DNA of 32,000 bases from Desulfobulbus propionicus DSM 2032 (GTDB lineage: Bacteria; Desulfobacterota; Desulfobulbia; Desulfobulbales; Desulfobulbaceae): contig NC_014972.1 in NCBI RefSeq assembly GCF_000186885.1, positions 3,660,001 through 3,692,000 on the forward strand, written 5' to 3'. Positions within the stretch are counted from its first letter, which is position 1. Every line of letters begins with the position of its first letter. The notes under the pieces are model-generated. The model did no database searches and was not told the origin of the DNA. It worked only from the letters and a program-made list of their open reading frames with translations. A program made the position numbers and the translations under genes. This document shows positions 18,069-27,078 of this stretch, piece by piece.

Positions 18069-19727
18069 ATGACCACCGCAACCTTTGCCCGCTTTGGCCT
18101 GCATCCCGATTTGGTGCAGACCGTAACCGAACTCGGTTTTACCGATCCCACCCCCATTCAACAGGCCGCCATTCCGCTGCTGCTCGAAGGCCGCGACCTG
18201 ATCGGCCAGGCCCAGACCGGCACCGGCAAAACCGCTGCCTTTGGCCTCCCGCTGCTGCAACGGATCACACCCCGCCAACAGGGGGTCCAGGCCCTGGTCC
18301 TGGCGCCCACCCGTGAGTTGGCCATCCAGGTGGCCGAGGCCATCCAGCGATACGGCCAGCAGCGGGGGATTACCGTGCTGGCTGTGTATGGCGGCCAGGC
18401 CTATCAACAGCAGATCCGCAGTCTACGCCAGGGCGTCGAGGTGATCGTCGGCACCCCCGGCCGTCTGCTCGACCTCATGAATCAGGGCACGCTCGATCTG
18501 ACCACGGTGCGGACCGTGGTTCTTGACGAGGCCGACGAGATGCTGAGCATGGGTTTTGTCGAGGATATCGAATTGATCCTCGACCGCATTCCCGCCGAAC
18601 GTCAGACCATGCTCTTTTCCGCCACCATCTCCAAGCGGGTCCTGGGCCTGTCCGCCCGCTACCTGCGCGACCCGGAAACAGTGTCCATCACCCCCAAGCA
18701 GTTGACCGGCGCCACCATCGAACAGCGCTATTACCTGGTCAACCAGCAGGACAAGGTGGCGGCCCTGACCCGACTGTTCGAAATGGAGACCATCGATAGC
18801 GCCCTGATCTTCACCCGCACCCGAATTGGAACCGGCGAATTAGCCAACCAACTGACTTCACGAGGTTTCCCAGCCGAAGCTCTCAACGGTGACCTCAGCC
18901 AGGATGCCCGTATCCAGGTGTTGAACCGGTTTCGCAACGGCCAGGTCAAGGTCCTGGTGGCCACCGACGTGGCCGCACGCGGTCTGGACATCGACGACAT
19001 CTCCCACGTGTTCAACTTCGATCTGCCCGACGACCCCGAGGTCTATGTCCACCGGGTGGGTCGTACCGGTCGGGCTGGCCGGGAAGGGATCGCCATCTCC
19101 CTCCTCACCCCCAAGGACCGGTGGATTCTCCGCCGGATCGAGGACTATGCCCGCTACAAGCTGACCCGGGCCGAACTGCCGACCATCCAGCAGATCGAGA
19201 ACCATCGCCAGGCCCTGCTGATGGAGCAGTTGGAGGTGTGGATTCGCCGGGGCCGTTGCCGCCGGGAACGGGAAGTGGTGGAGATGCTGCTGCAAACCGG
19301 CCACCAGGCCGAGGATATCGCCGCCGCCGCCCTCAAGCTGGCCCGGGGCGAGGAAAAAAAACGGCCCATCGATCCGATCACGCCGATCAAGGAAGAGCAG
19401 TTCAATCCGCGTGAGCGCAAGAATGATCGCTTCCCACGTCGTGGCGGTCAGGCCGGGACAGGACCAGGGGGGCGACGGGGACACGACCGCGACAGGGACA
19501 TGGTGCCGCTCAGGCTCAATGTCGGCCGGGCCGATGGGGTTGGCGTCAACCATGTGGTGGCCTCGCTGGCCCATTATTCCGGGGTCGCTGCCGTTCAATT
19601 GGGCAAGATCCGGTTGGAAGCGGACCATACCTTGGTCGATGTGCCGGAGCCATTGGTCGGTCGCCTGCTTTCAAAAAACGGTGCGTACCGGATCGGCCGG
19701 CGCGCGGTGAACCTGGAGCGGGCCTGA
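18069..19727 (+). CDS. deaD: DEAD-box ATP-dependent RNA helicase with C-terminal DbpA/CsdA-type RNA-binding domain
   Basis: Q-motif FTDPTPIQQAAIPLLLEGRD, AQTGTGKTAAF, APTRELAIQV, VLDEADEMLSMGF, FSATISKR, VATDVAARGLDIDDISHV, VHRVGRTGRAGREG; C-terminal VPLRLNVGRADGVGVNHVVASLAHYSGV...YRIGRR. GAGGA RBS before ATG 18069. Confidence 0.96.
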   Translation: MTTATFARFGLHPDLVQTVTELGFTDPTPIQQAAIPLLLEGRDLIGQAQTGTGKTAAFGLPLLQRITPRQQGVQALVLAPTRELAIQVAEAIQRYGQQRGITVLAVYGGQAYQQQIRSLRQGVEVIVGTPGRLLDLMNQGTLDLTTVRTVVLDEADEMLSMGFVEDIELILDRIPAERQTMLFSATISKRVLGLSARYLRDPETVSITPKQLTGATIEQRYYLVNQQDKVAALTRLFEMETIDSALIFTRTRIGTGELANQLTSRGFPAEALNGDLSQDARIQVLNRFRNGQVKVLVATDVAARGLDIDDISHVFNFDLPDDPEVYVHRVGRTGRAGREGIAISLLTPKDRWILRRIEDYARYKLTRAELPTIQQIENHRQALLMEQLEVWIRRGRCRREREVVEMLLQTGHQAEDIAAAALKLARGEEKKRPIDPITPIKEEQFNPRERKNDRFPRRGGQAGTGPGGRRGHDRDRDMVPLRLNVGRADGVGVNHVVASLAHYSGVAAVQLGKIRLEADHTLVDVPEPLVGRLLSKNGAYRIGRRAVNLERA

Positions 19728-19778
19728 ACCGCGCCTCCTTTCGACCATGGGGCCTCGTCGGTTGTCGCCTGGGTGACC

Positions 19779-19824
19779 AAGCATGGTTCCCGAGCGGGAG
19801 AATGACGAGACCATGCTTTTTTTC
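19779..19824 (+). terminator. Putative Rho-independent terminator after the DEAD-box helicase
   Basis: 9-bp perfect arms AAGCATGGT...ACCATGCTT enclosing a smaller TCCC/GGGA pair, followed directly by a T run (CTTTTTTTC). Confidence 0.65.
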
Positions 19825-19897
19825 TGGTCATCGACCAGTGATCGCGCTATGGTAGTGCCCCAAAATTTCAACCGTCTCCCGCGCCACGAGGTGAACT

Positions 19898-20128
19898 ATG
19901 ACTCTCATGATCGGTATTCATCAGCATCAGGATAAGGTGGAAAAGCTCTACGAGAACATGGGACTGCACGCCGCGGAACTGACTGCGGTCGGTCCCTTTG
20001 CCTCCAAGCAAGAGGCTTTGGCCTGGCAGTTGGACATGCGGAACAAGATCGAGGATTGTCACATCATCGAACCTGCCGGATTGGAGTCTGAAGAAGTTCC
20101 CTGGTATGGCTTCTCCTTTGAAAAATAA
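19898..20128 (+). CDS. Small hypothetical protein (76 aa)
   Basis: Preceded by GAGGTGAACT RBS-like sequence; protein-like sequence MTLMIGIHQHQDKVEKLYENMGLHAAELTAVGPFASKQEALAWQLDMRNKIEDCHIIEP... Confidence 0.6.
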   Translation: MTLMIGIHQHQDKVEKLYENMGLHAAELTAVGPFASKQEALAWQLDMRNKIEDCHIIEPAGLESEEVPWYGFSFEK

Positions 20129-20532
20129 TCCGCGCCAACAAGGGGCCTGCGATGTCGATCGACGATCCCCCTTTTGAACCAAGCAGGTTCACGCCGCTTG
20201 ATGCTCCCTCCATGCCCGCGTCGCCGGGGATGAAGGGGGCGTGGCGCTGTTCAGCTGTTTCTGCATTCTCCTCCCCGCTTTTCCTCGCTCTTCCCTCCTG
20301 GAGAGCGACTTGTTTCCCAGTGCTGCTCTTTCTGGGCACGCCGCCCGGTTTACCGGTTTAATCCCCGTTTCCTGTTCTCATGGGCCTGTTTTTTCCCTTG
20401 TCGGTGACGCATGCTGTCGTGGAGCTTCATGCCCCATGCTCGGCCTGCCTCATTCCTGGGAAAAAACCGTTTCTGTCGGCCGCCCCCGCGATCGACCGAA
20501 CTTTCCTTATCCTCTCTCGCAGGTAACTCCCG

Positions 20533-22488
20533 ATGGATATTCTGCTGCTGACCCTGCCCGTTCTCCTGGCCAGTGGTCTTGCCCCGCTCCTGACCGCCCG
20601 CTGGTTTCGTTGCTGCAAAGCCTTGCACACCACTCTCCTGAGCGCCGGTTGTCTCGGTGGCCTGTACAGCCTGTTCACCTTCTGGCAACACCCCGCGACC
20701 GCCACTTTTTCCTGTTCCTGGCTGCACACCTTTACCCTCTCCTTTGCCCTCGATTCGCTCGGGGCGGTCTTTCTGCTGCCCGTTTTCCTGCTCGTGCCGG
20801 TCATCTCCCTGTACGGCTACCATTACCTTGATCAGGCCACTCATTTCCGGCGAACAGCTCTCAGCCATTTCTTTTTCAGCCTGCTGACAATCGCCATGAT
20901 CCTGGTCACCCTTGCCGACAACATGGTGACCTTTGCCCTGGCGTGGGAATTGATGTCCCTTTCGTCTTTTGCCCTGGTGATGCATGACTGGGAAAAGGAG
21001 CAAACCCAGAGTGCCGGATATCTCTACCTGCTCTTCACCCAAACCGGCGCGCTCTGCATTTTCGCGGCCTTCGGCCTTGTGTTCCAGGCGACCGGTTCGC
21101 TTGCCTTTGCCCAGATGAGCTCCATCCCCCCAGGCATCAAACTCGCGGTCTTTTGCCTCACCTTGGCGGGGTTTGGCTCCAAGGCCGGCCTGTTTCCCCT
21201 CCATGTCTGGCTTCCCCATGCCCATCCGGCCGCTCCCAGCCATGTCTCGGCCCTGATGTCCGGGGTGATGATCAAGATGGGGATTTATGGCCTTGTTCGC
21301 TTCTATTTCCTCCTGGACAGCCCAACGCCGATTTTTGCCCGGACCATTCTCGTGCTCGGCATGATCTCCGGCCTGCTCGGCGTGGTGTACGCCCTCGGCA
21401 AACACGATCTCAAACGGCTCTTGGCCTACCACAGCATCGAAAACATCGGCATCATTCTTATCGGCTGCGGCCTGGGCATGCTGGGACTTGCCTCGGGCAA
21501 CCGGATCATGGCCGCCTTCGGGTTTGCCGGAGGCATACTGCACGTGCTCAATCACGCCCTGTTCAAATCCCTGCTTTTTCTCGGCGCCGGGTCCATTCTC
21601 CAGGCCACCGGTCTCCGCCATCTTGACCAGTTGGGCGGGCTGATGCGCACCATGCCGGTCACCGGCCGCACCTTTCTCACCGGCGCGGTGGCGATTTCCG
21701 GACTGCCTCCTCTGAACGGCTTCATCAGTGAATTTCTCATCTACTACGCCGCGTTTCAGGGGCTGGTATTGGGCGGCACCGACTTTCTCTTCTCCATGGC
21801 CGCGATCATCTCGTTGGCGCTCATCGGCGGCTTGGCCGCGGGCTGCTTCACCAAGGTCGTGGGGATTGTCCTGCTCGGCGAACCGCGCCACACCCACGGC
21901 CGAGAACAAGGCGATGCCGCCTTGTCCATGCGCGCGGCCATGGTCTTCCTCGCCCTCGTCTGCGTTCTCATTGGCCTGTGGCCGGAACCCTTTGTCCGTT
22001 TTGCCTTTGCAGGACTGGCCAGCCTCAAACCCTTTACAGCTATCCCGGGAGAGGTCAGCGGCACCATCGCGCACCATCTTGCCGTGGCCGGCCGTCTCTT
22101 TCTCGGACTGCTGATTGTCCTCATGGGGTGCCGTTGGCTATTGTACCGGAACAAGCCCGTCAGCCAAAGCGGCACCTGGGGCTGCGGCTTTACCCAGGCA
22201 ACCAGCCGCATCCAATACACCGGCACATCCTATGCCCGGAGCCTGGTCGAATTTCATCGCCCTTTGGTCAGGGTGCGGACCACCTACCCAGGCCTTGGCA
22301 AAATCTTCCCCGGCAGCGTCGCCTATGTCAGCAAAGTCGAGGATGTGGCCGAACTCGGTCTCCATTGCCTCCTCATCCGGCCACTGCTCAAGGGTGTGGA
22401 AAAACTGCGCTGGATTCAGCACGGCCACATTCAACTCTACATTGGCTATATTGTCCTCACCATCGCTGTCCTCCTGCTGGTGGTCTAA
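20533..22488 (+). CDS. Antiporter-like membrane subunit (HyfB/NuoL-like) of group-4-hydrogenase-related (Ehr-type) complex
   Basis: 651 aa polytopic protein; VTFALAWELMSLSSFALVMHDW, FGLVFQATGS, PLHVWLPHAHPAAPSHVSALMSGVMIKMGIYG, LLAYHSIENIGIILIG, HVLNHALFKSLLFLGAGSI, GLPPLNGFISEFLIY. Confidence 0.93.
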   Translation: MDILLLTLPVLLASGLAPLLTARWFRCCKALHTTLLSAGCLGGLYSLFTFWQHPATATFSCSWLHTFTLSFALDSLGAVFLLPVFLLVPVISLYGYHYLDQATHFRRTALSHFFFSLLTIAMILVTLADNMVTFALAWELMSLSSFALVMHDWEKEQTQSAGYLYLLFTQTGALCIFAAFGLVFQATGSLAFAQMSSIPPGIKLAVFCLTLAGFGSKAGLFPLHVWLPHAHPAAPSHVSALMSGVMIKMGIYGLVRFYFLLDSPTPIFARTILVLGMISGLLGVVYALGKHDLKRLLAYHSIENIGIILIGCGLGMLGLASGNRIMAAFGFAGGILHVLNHALFKSLLFLGAGSILQATGLRHLDQLGGLMRTMPVTGRTFLTGAVAISGLPPLNGFISEFLIYYAAFQGLVLGGTDFLFSMAAIISLALIGGLAAGCFTKVVGIVLLGEPRHTHGREQGDAALSMRAAMVFLALVCVLIGLWPEPFVRFAFAGLASLKPFTAIPGEVSGTIAHHLAVAGRLFLGLLIVLMGCRWLLYRNKPVSQSGTWGCGFTQATSRIQYTGTSYARSLVEFHRPLVRVRTTYPGLGKIFPGSVAYVSKVEDVAELGLHCLLIRPLLKGVEKLRWIQHGHIQLYIGYIVLTIAVLLLVV

Positions 22489-22508
22489 GCCCATTCAAGG
22501 TCGCTGAT

Positions 22509-23423
22509 ATGGAATCCCTGTTCTCTTTTTTCCTGGCACTGCTGGTGGCGCCCCTGTTTCCCGGCATCATCCTCAAAACCAAGGCCTTGTTCGCCGGCAA
22601 AAAAGGGCCGCCGCTTCTGATCAAATACTACACCTTGGCAAAACTGCTGCGAAAAGGATCGGTCTACAGCACCAGCACCAGTTTTGTCTTTCGCCTCGGC
22701 CCCCCGATTGCCTGCGCCACCTCGCTCATGGCCCTGCTGTTCTTTCCCTTTGCCGGCATTCCGCCGCTGATCGCCTTCCATGGCGACGTGATCGTCCTGT
22801 TTTATCTTCTTGGTCTGGGAAGATTTTTTACCATCGTCGCCGCCCTGGACACGGCCTCGCCCTTTGAAGGCATGGGCGCGGCCCGCGAGGCCTTTTTCTC
22901 CACCCTTGCGGAAGGGACGATCTTTGTCATTCTGATTCTTTTTTTCCGCATGAGCGGCTCGCTCAGCCTGGCCGGATATTTCTCGGGCAGCCCTTCGATC
23001 TCGATTGCCGGCCCCCAGGGCGCCCTGCTGTTGCTGGTCATCGTGGCCTTATTCATGGTTCTGCTGGCCGAGAACTCGCGCGTGCCGGTGGACGATCCGG
23101 CGACCCATCTGGAACTGACCATGATCCACGAGGTGATGATCCTCGATCACAGCGGCCCTGACCTGGCTCTGATCGAACTGGGGGCCTTCTACAAGCTGTT
23201 CTTTTACGCCTCCTTTGTCGCCTGCCTGATCAAGCCGCTGTTCCCGGCCGGGCCGATCGTCAACACCCTGCTGTTTTACGGACTGCTGACCGCGGTCTAC
23301 CTGGCCATCGGCATTACCGAGTCAATCACTGCCCGGTTGAAGATGAACCTGGTTCCCAAGTACATCCTGACTTCCTTTGCCCTGGCCTTTTTCGCCATCA
23401 TCCTCACCATGGAGCTTGTGTGA
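22509..23423 (+). CDS. HyfC/NuoH-like membrane subunit
   Basis: 304 aa from ATG 22509: FPGIILKTKALFAGKKGPPLLIKYYTLAKLLRKGSVYS, LGRFFTIVAALDTASPFEGMGAAREAFFSTLAE, LLAENSRVPVDDPATHLELTMIHEVMILDHSGPDLALIE. The track ORF start 21978 overruns the upstream gene. Confidence 0.93.
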   Translation: MESLFSFFLALLVAPLFPGIILKTKALFAGKKGPPLLIKYYTLAKLLRKGSVYSTSTSFVFRLGPPIACATSLMALLFFPFAGIPPLIAFHGDVIVLFYLLGLGRFFTIVAALDTASPFEGMGAAREAFFSTLAEGTIFVILILFFRMSGSLSLAGYFSGSPSISIAGPQGALLLLVIVALFMVLLAENSRVPVDDPATHLELTMIHEVMILDHSGPDLALIELGAFYKLFFYASFVACLIKPLFPAGPIVNTLLFYGLLTAVYLAIGITESITARLKMNLVPKYILTSFALAFFAIILTMELV

Positions 23424-24076
23424 TGATCAACAGCACGGATGTCATCCTGGTCCTGATTCTCCTCTCGACCCTTCTGTCCCTGGGGTCCAGCCGCATGATG
23501 GCCCTGATCAAGATCATGGCCCTGCAGGGTGCCCTGGTTTCGCTCACCCCCATTTTCATTGAATCCCAGACGAAGTTGAGCAACAGCGGCATCCTCTTCT
23601 TCCAGCTGATGTTCCTGATCAAGGCCGTGCTCATACCCGGCCTGCTCTACATGGCCCTGACCCGAATCGCCATCAAGCGCGAGGTGGAGCCCCTGATCGG
23701 CTACCACGCCTCGCTCGCCGTGGGGCTCGGTCTCATCCTCCTTTCGACCTACATCACCCGCCATCTGGCGATCTCCCTCCAGGGCGATTATTTTCATCTG
23801 CTGATCACGGCGATCACCACTCTTGGCGGCGGCCTTTTTCTCATGATGAGCCGGACCAAGGCCCTCACCCAGGTCATCGGCTATCTGATGCTCGAAAACG
23901 GCATCTATCTGGTCGGCACCGCGCTCACCAAGCACCAGCACAACATCTATCTGGTCGAATTCGGCGTTCTGCTCGATCTGCTGGTCGGAGTGATGATCAT
24001 GGGCATCATCCTTCACAACATCAACCGTGCCTTTGACGACGTCGACACCACCTATCTCGAACAACTCAAGGATTGA
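23423..24076 (+). CDS. HyfE/NuoK-like membrane subunit
   Basis: About 217 aa, ATGA overlap with the preceding stop; MALIKIMALQGALVSLTPIF, AVLIPGLLYMALTRIAIKREVEPLIG, GYLMLENGIYLVG. Confidence 0.88.
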   Translation: MINSTDVILVLILLSTLLSLGSSRMMALIKIMALQGALVSLTPIFIESQTKLSNSGILFFQLMFLIKAVLIPGLLYMALTRIAIKREVEPLIGYHASLAVGLGLILLSTYITRHLAISLQGDYFHLLITAITTLGGGLFLMMSRTKALTQVIGYLMLENGIYLVGTALTKHQHNIYLVEFGVLLDLLVGVMIMGIILHNINRAFDDVDTTYLEQLKD

Positions 24077-24080
24077 TGCC

Positions 24081-25508
24081 ATGCTCGAATCCATTTTCTG
24101 TGTACCGCTGTTCACGGGTCTGATCGCCCTCTTTTTGCCGATCAAGCTGGGCCGAATCGTTCTGGTGGTCAGTGGCCTGCTCCATCTGCAGATGACCCTG
24201 CTCGCCTGGCTGACCTCCTTTACCCCCCTGCTGCCCGGTTATTTCGGCAGCGCCCCCTCCGGCATGCTGGTGCTGGTGGTCACGTCGTTCATCTTCCTGT
24301 GCATCGCTCCATACAGCGTGTTCTACATGCGTGAGCAGGAAATGCAGAGCGAACCGATCTTCATCGGCTGCATGCTGCTCTTTCTCGCGACCATGAGCAT
24401 GGCGGCCCTGGCCGAGCATCCGATCGTCTTCTGGATCGCTGTTGAAGCCACCACCCTGGTCAGCGCACCGCTGATCTTTATCAACCGTTCGAAAAAGGCC
24501 CTGGAGGCCACCTGGAAGTATGTGCTCATCTGTTCGGTGGGCATTGCCTTGGCCCTGCTCGGTTTCTTTTTCATCACCCTGTCCATGGAACAAGCCGATC
24601 TTGACGTGCCGCTAACCTTCTCCTCGCTCAACAGCGCCGCCCGCCAACTCGATCCGAGCTGGCTGAAGACCGGATTCATCTTCGTCCTCATCGGATTTGG
24701 CACCAAAATGGGTTTGGCGCCCATGCACACCTGGCTACCCGATGCCCACAGCGAGGCGCCCAGCCCTGCCTCGGCCCTGCTGTCTGGCGCGCTGCTCAAC
24801 TGTGCCTTCCTGGGCATCTACAAGGTGCACACCCTGATGGTCCTGGCCGGCTTGGGCGACTTCTCCGGATCGCTGCTCATCGGCTTCGGCTTGTTCTCCA
24901 TCCTGGTGGCCGGCATCTTTATCCTCAACCAGTCGGATTACAAACGGATGCTCGCCTATTCGAGCATCGAGAACATGGGCGTGATCGCCTTTGGCGTCGG
25001 CATCGGCGGCCTCGGCCTGTACGGGGCCATGCTCCATCTCATCCATCATTCGCTGCTCAAATCCTCGCTCTTTCTTTCCGCCGGCAATCTGGTGCTTGGC
25101 TTCGGCACCAAACTGGTGGCACGGTGCGGTGGCATGGTCAGCCTGCTGCCTCGAACCTTTGTCTCCTTTTTTGCCGGTTTTGTCGGCATCTCCGGATTGC
25201 CGCCCTTTGGCATCTTTCTCAGCGAATTGATGATCCTGCTCGGGGCCTTTCAAACCGGCCACCCCCTGGCTGCCGGGCTGTTCATCGCCACCCTGGTGCT
25301 GGTGCTCGCCGGTTTTGCCCGGATTGTCACCGCCATGTCCTTTAGCCCCCGCCAGGAAGAAGTTTTGGTCGAGGAGCAGACCCTGCGGATCATCCCGCCC
25401 CTTGCCCTGCTGCTGACTTCGGCCCTGCTCTGCGTCTGGATGCCCGAACCCCTTTTCCGGACCATCGTCAACACCATCGCGGTGATCGGAGGAACCATCC
25501 ATGGATAA
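24081..25508 (+). CDS. Antiporter-like membrane subunit (HyfF/NuoN/M-like)
   Basis: 475 aa from ATG 24081; IVFWIAVEATTLVSAPLIF, GFGTKMGLAPMHTWLPDAHSEAPSPASALLSGALLNCAFLG, MLAYSSIENMGVIAFG, LIHHSLLKSSLFLSAGNLV, SGLPPFGIFLSELMIL. Confidence 0.93.
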   Translation: MLESIFCVPLFTGLIALFLPIKLGRIVLVVSGLLHLQMTLLAWLTSFTPLLPGYFGSAPSGMLVLVVTSFIFLCIAPYSVFYMREQEMQSEPIFIGCMLLFLATMSMAALAEHPIVFWIAVEATTLVSAPLIFINRSKKALEATWKYVLICSVGIALALLGFFFITLSMEQADLDVPLTFSSLNSAARQLDPSWLKTGFIFVLIGFGTKMGLAPMHTWLPDAHSEAPSPASALLSGALLNCAFLGIYKVHTLMVLAGLGDFSGSLLIGFGLFSILVAGIFILNQSDYKRMLAYSSIENMGVIAFGVGIGGLGLYGAMLHLIHHSLLKSSLFLSAGNLVLGFGTKLVARCGGMVSLLPRTFVSFFAGFVGISGLPPFGIFLSELMILLGAFQTGHPLAAGLFIATLVLVLAGFARIVTAMSFSPRQEEVLVEEQTLRIIPPLALLLTSALLCVWMPEPLFRTIVNTIAVIGGTIHG

Positions 25509-27012
25509 CCTGCTGCGGATCGACAACGGCGAACTGATCGAACGGCAGCGGATACCGCGCGTCGATTTCAGCCATTTCCTGCGCTTGCTGACCGACTTCG
25601 TCCATGCCAACGGCTACGTGGTCCAACTGTTTGCCTACCCGGAGGAAGGGCAGACTCGTCTGCTGGCCGTTGTCCGCAACAGCAACCTGTTTGTGCTCGA
25701 GACAACGGTTGACCGCGAGTTTCCTTCGTTGACCCTTGCCGGCGGCGCCAAATTCAGCATGTTTGAGCGGGAAATCGCCGAACAGTACGGTTTGATGCCG
25801 CTGGGCCACCCTTGGCTGAAAATGGTCCGCTACCACCCCAATTACACGGGACAGCCCGACGTCTTCGGCAACGACTACCAGCAGGACATCCCCGGCAACT
25901 ACCCGTATTTCCGGATCGAGGGCGAAGCCATCCACGAGGTCGGGGTTGGGCCGGTGCACGCCGGAATCATCGAACCGGGCCACTTTCGCTTCCAGTGCGC
26001 CGGCGAAGAGGTTCTCCATCTTGAGATTCAACTGGGCTACCAGCACCGGGGCCTTGAGCCCATGCTGACCACGGTGCCCCGCAAACGATTGCCCATCCTG
26101 TGCGAGGCCATCGCCGGGGATACCACCATCGGTCATACTCTCTGCTGCTGTCAAGCCATCGAGTCCCTGGCCGGCCTTTCGGTCGAACCCGGCGCCCGCA
26201 CGGTTCGCACCATTGCCCTTGAGCTGGAGCGAATCGCCAACCATATCGGCGACCTTGGCGCCCTCAGCGGCGACGTGGCCTTTAACCCGCCCGCAGCCTA
26301 TTTCGGCCGTATCCGCGGCGAATTCCTCAATCTGCTGCTCACCCTGTGCGGCAACCGTTTCGGCAAGAGCCTCATCCGGCCGGGCGGTGTCACCCAGCCG
26401 ATGGCGACGGAGCAACGGCAGATCATCCGCGCTAAAATCAAGGAACTGCGCAAGGAAATCATCCAGGTCTGCGATCTACTGTTCTCGGCCCATACGGTTC
26501 TGGCCCGGTTCGAGGACACCGGCACGGTCATCCGCAAGGTCGCCGATCAACTCGGCCTGGTGGGATATTGCGGCCGTGCCTCCGGCCTGGAATACGATGT
26601 GCGCGAATTTTTCCCCACCGAACGATACGCCGAGCTGCCCGCCAACAGCAACCGGGTGACCAACGGCGATGTGTACAGCCGGGCCATGGTCCGGCGCGAG
26701 GAAATCCTGCACGCGCTTGGCTTGATCGAAACCCTGCTGGCCGAACAGGAAGAGCCGCATCGGCCGGTTTGCTGGCAGGAGGGTGACCTTGCACCGGCGA
26801 GTTTCGTCGTGACCCTCAACGAAGGGTGGCGAGGCGAAGTCTCCCACTGCGTGCTGACCGATGCACACGGCAACATCCTGCGCTACAAGGTCAAGGACCC
26901 ATCCTTCCACAACTGGACAGGACTGGCCATGGCCCTGCGCAACCAGGAAATCTCGGATTTTCCGTTGTGTAACAAGAGCTTCAACCTCAGCTACTGCGGC
27001 TTTGATCTCTAG
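25501..27012 (+). CDS. Fused NuoC/NuoD-like (HyfG/HycE-like) large subunit lacking the canonical NiFe-site CxxC motifs
   Basis: N-terminal 30-kDa-like domain (GAKFSMFEREIAEQYGLMPLGHPWL), then GYQHRGLEPMLTTV, PILCEAIAGDTTIGHTLCCCQAIESLAG, ALELERIANHIGDLGALSGD, RPGGV, KVKDPSFHNW, C-terminus SFNLSYCGFDL. Neither RxCGxC nor DPCxxC is present. Confidence 0.93.
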   Translation: MDNLLRIDNGELIERQRIPRVDFSHFLRLLTDFVHANGYVVQLFAYPEEGQTRLLAVVRNSNLFVLETTVDREFPSLTLAGGAKFSMFEREIAEQYGLMPLGHPWLKMVRYHPNYTGQPDVFGNDYQQDIPGNYPYFRIEGEAIHEVGVGPVHAGIIEPGHFRFQCAGEEVLHLEIQLGYQHRGLEPMLTTVPRKRLPILCEAIAGDTTIGHTLCCCQAIESLAGLSVEPGARTVRTIALELERIANHIGDLGALSGDVAFNPPAAYFGRIRGEFLNLLLTLCGNRFGKSLIRPGGVTQPMATEQRQIIRAKIKELRKEIIQVCDLLFSAHTVLARFEDTGTVIRKVADQLGLVGYCGRASGLEYDVREFFPTERYAELPANSNRVTNGDVYSRAMVRREEILHALGLIETLLAEQEEPHRPVCWQEGDLAPASFVVTLNEGWRGEVSHCVLTDAHGNILRYKVKDPSFHNWTGLAMALRNQEISDFPLCNKSFNLSYCGFDL

Positions 27013-27078
27013 CCGGACAGGGCCGGACAGGGACAGACAGCCAACCTCGACACATCATCACTCAGACAGGAACAGATC

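Noticed and set aside
20152-20361. 69-aa plus-strand ORF upstream of the Ehr-type operon
   Set aside because: Weak RBS and low-information Pro/Ser/Ala-rich sequence; could not be supported as coding.
20350-22077. 575-aa minus-strand ORF antisense to the HyfB-like gene
   Set aside because: Composition (GEEKG, RGQEKRQ repeats) is typical of the reverse complement of a hydrophobic membrane-protein gene; no recognisable domain.
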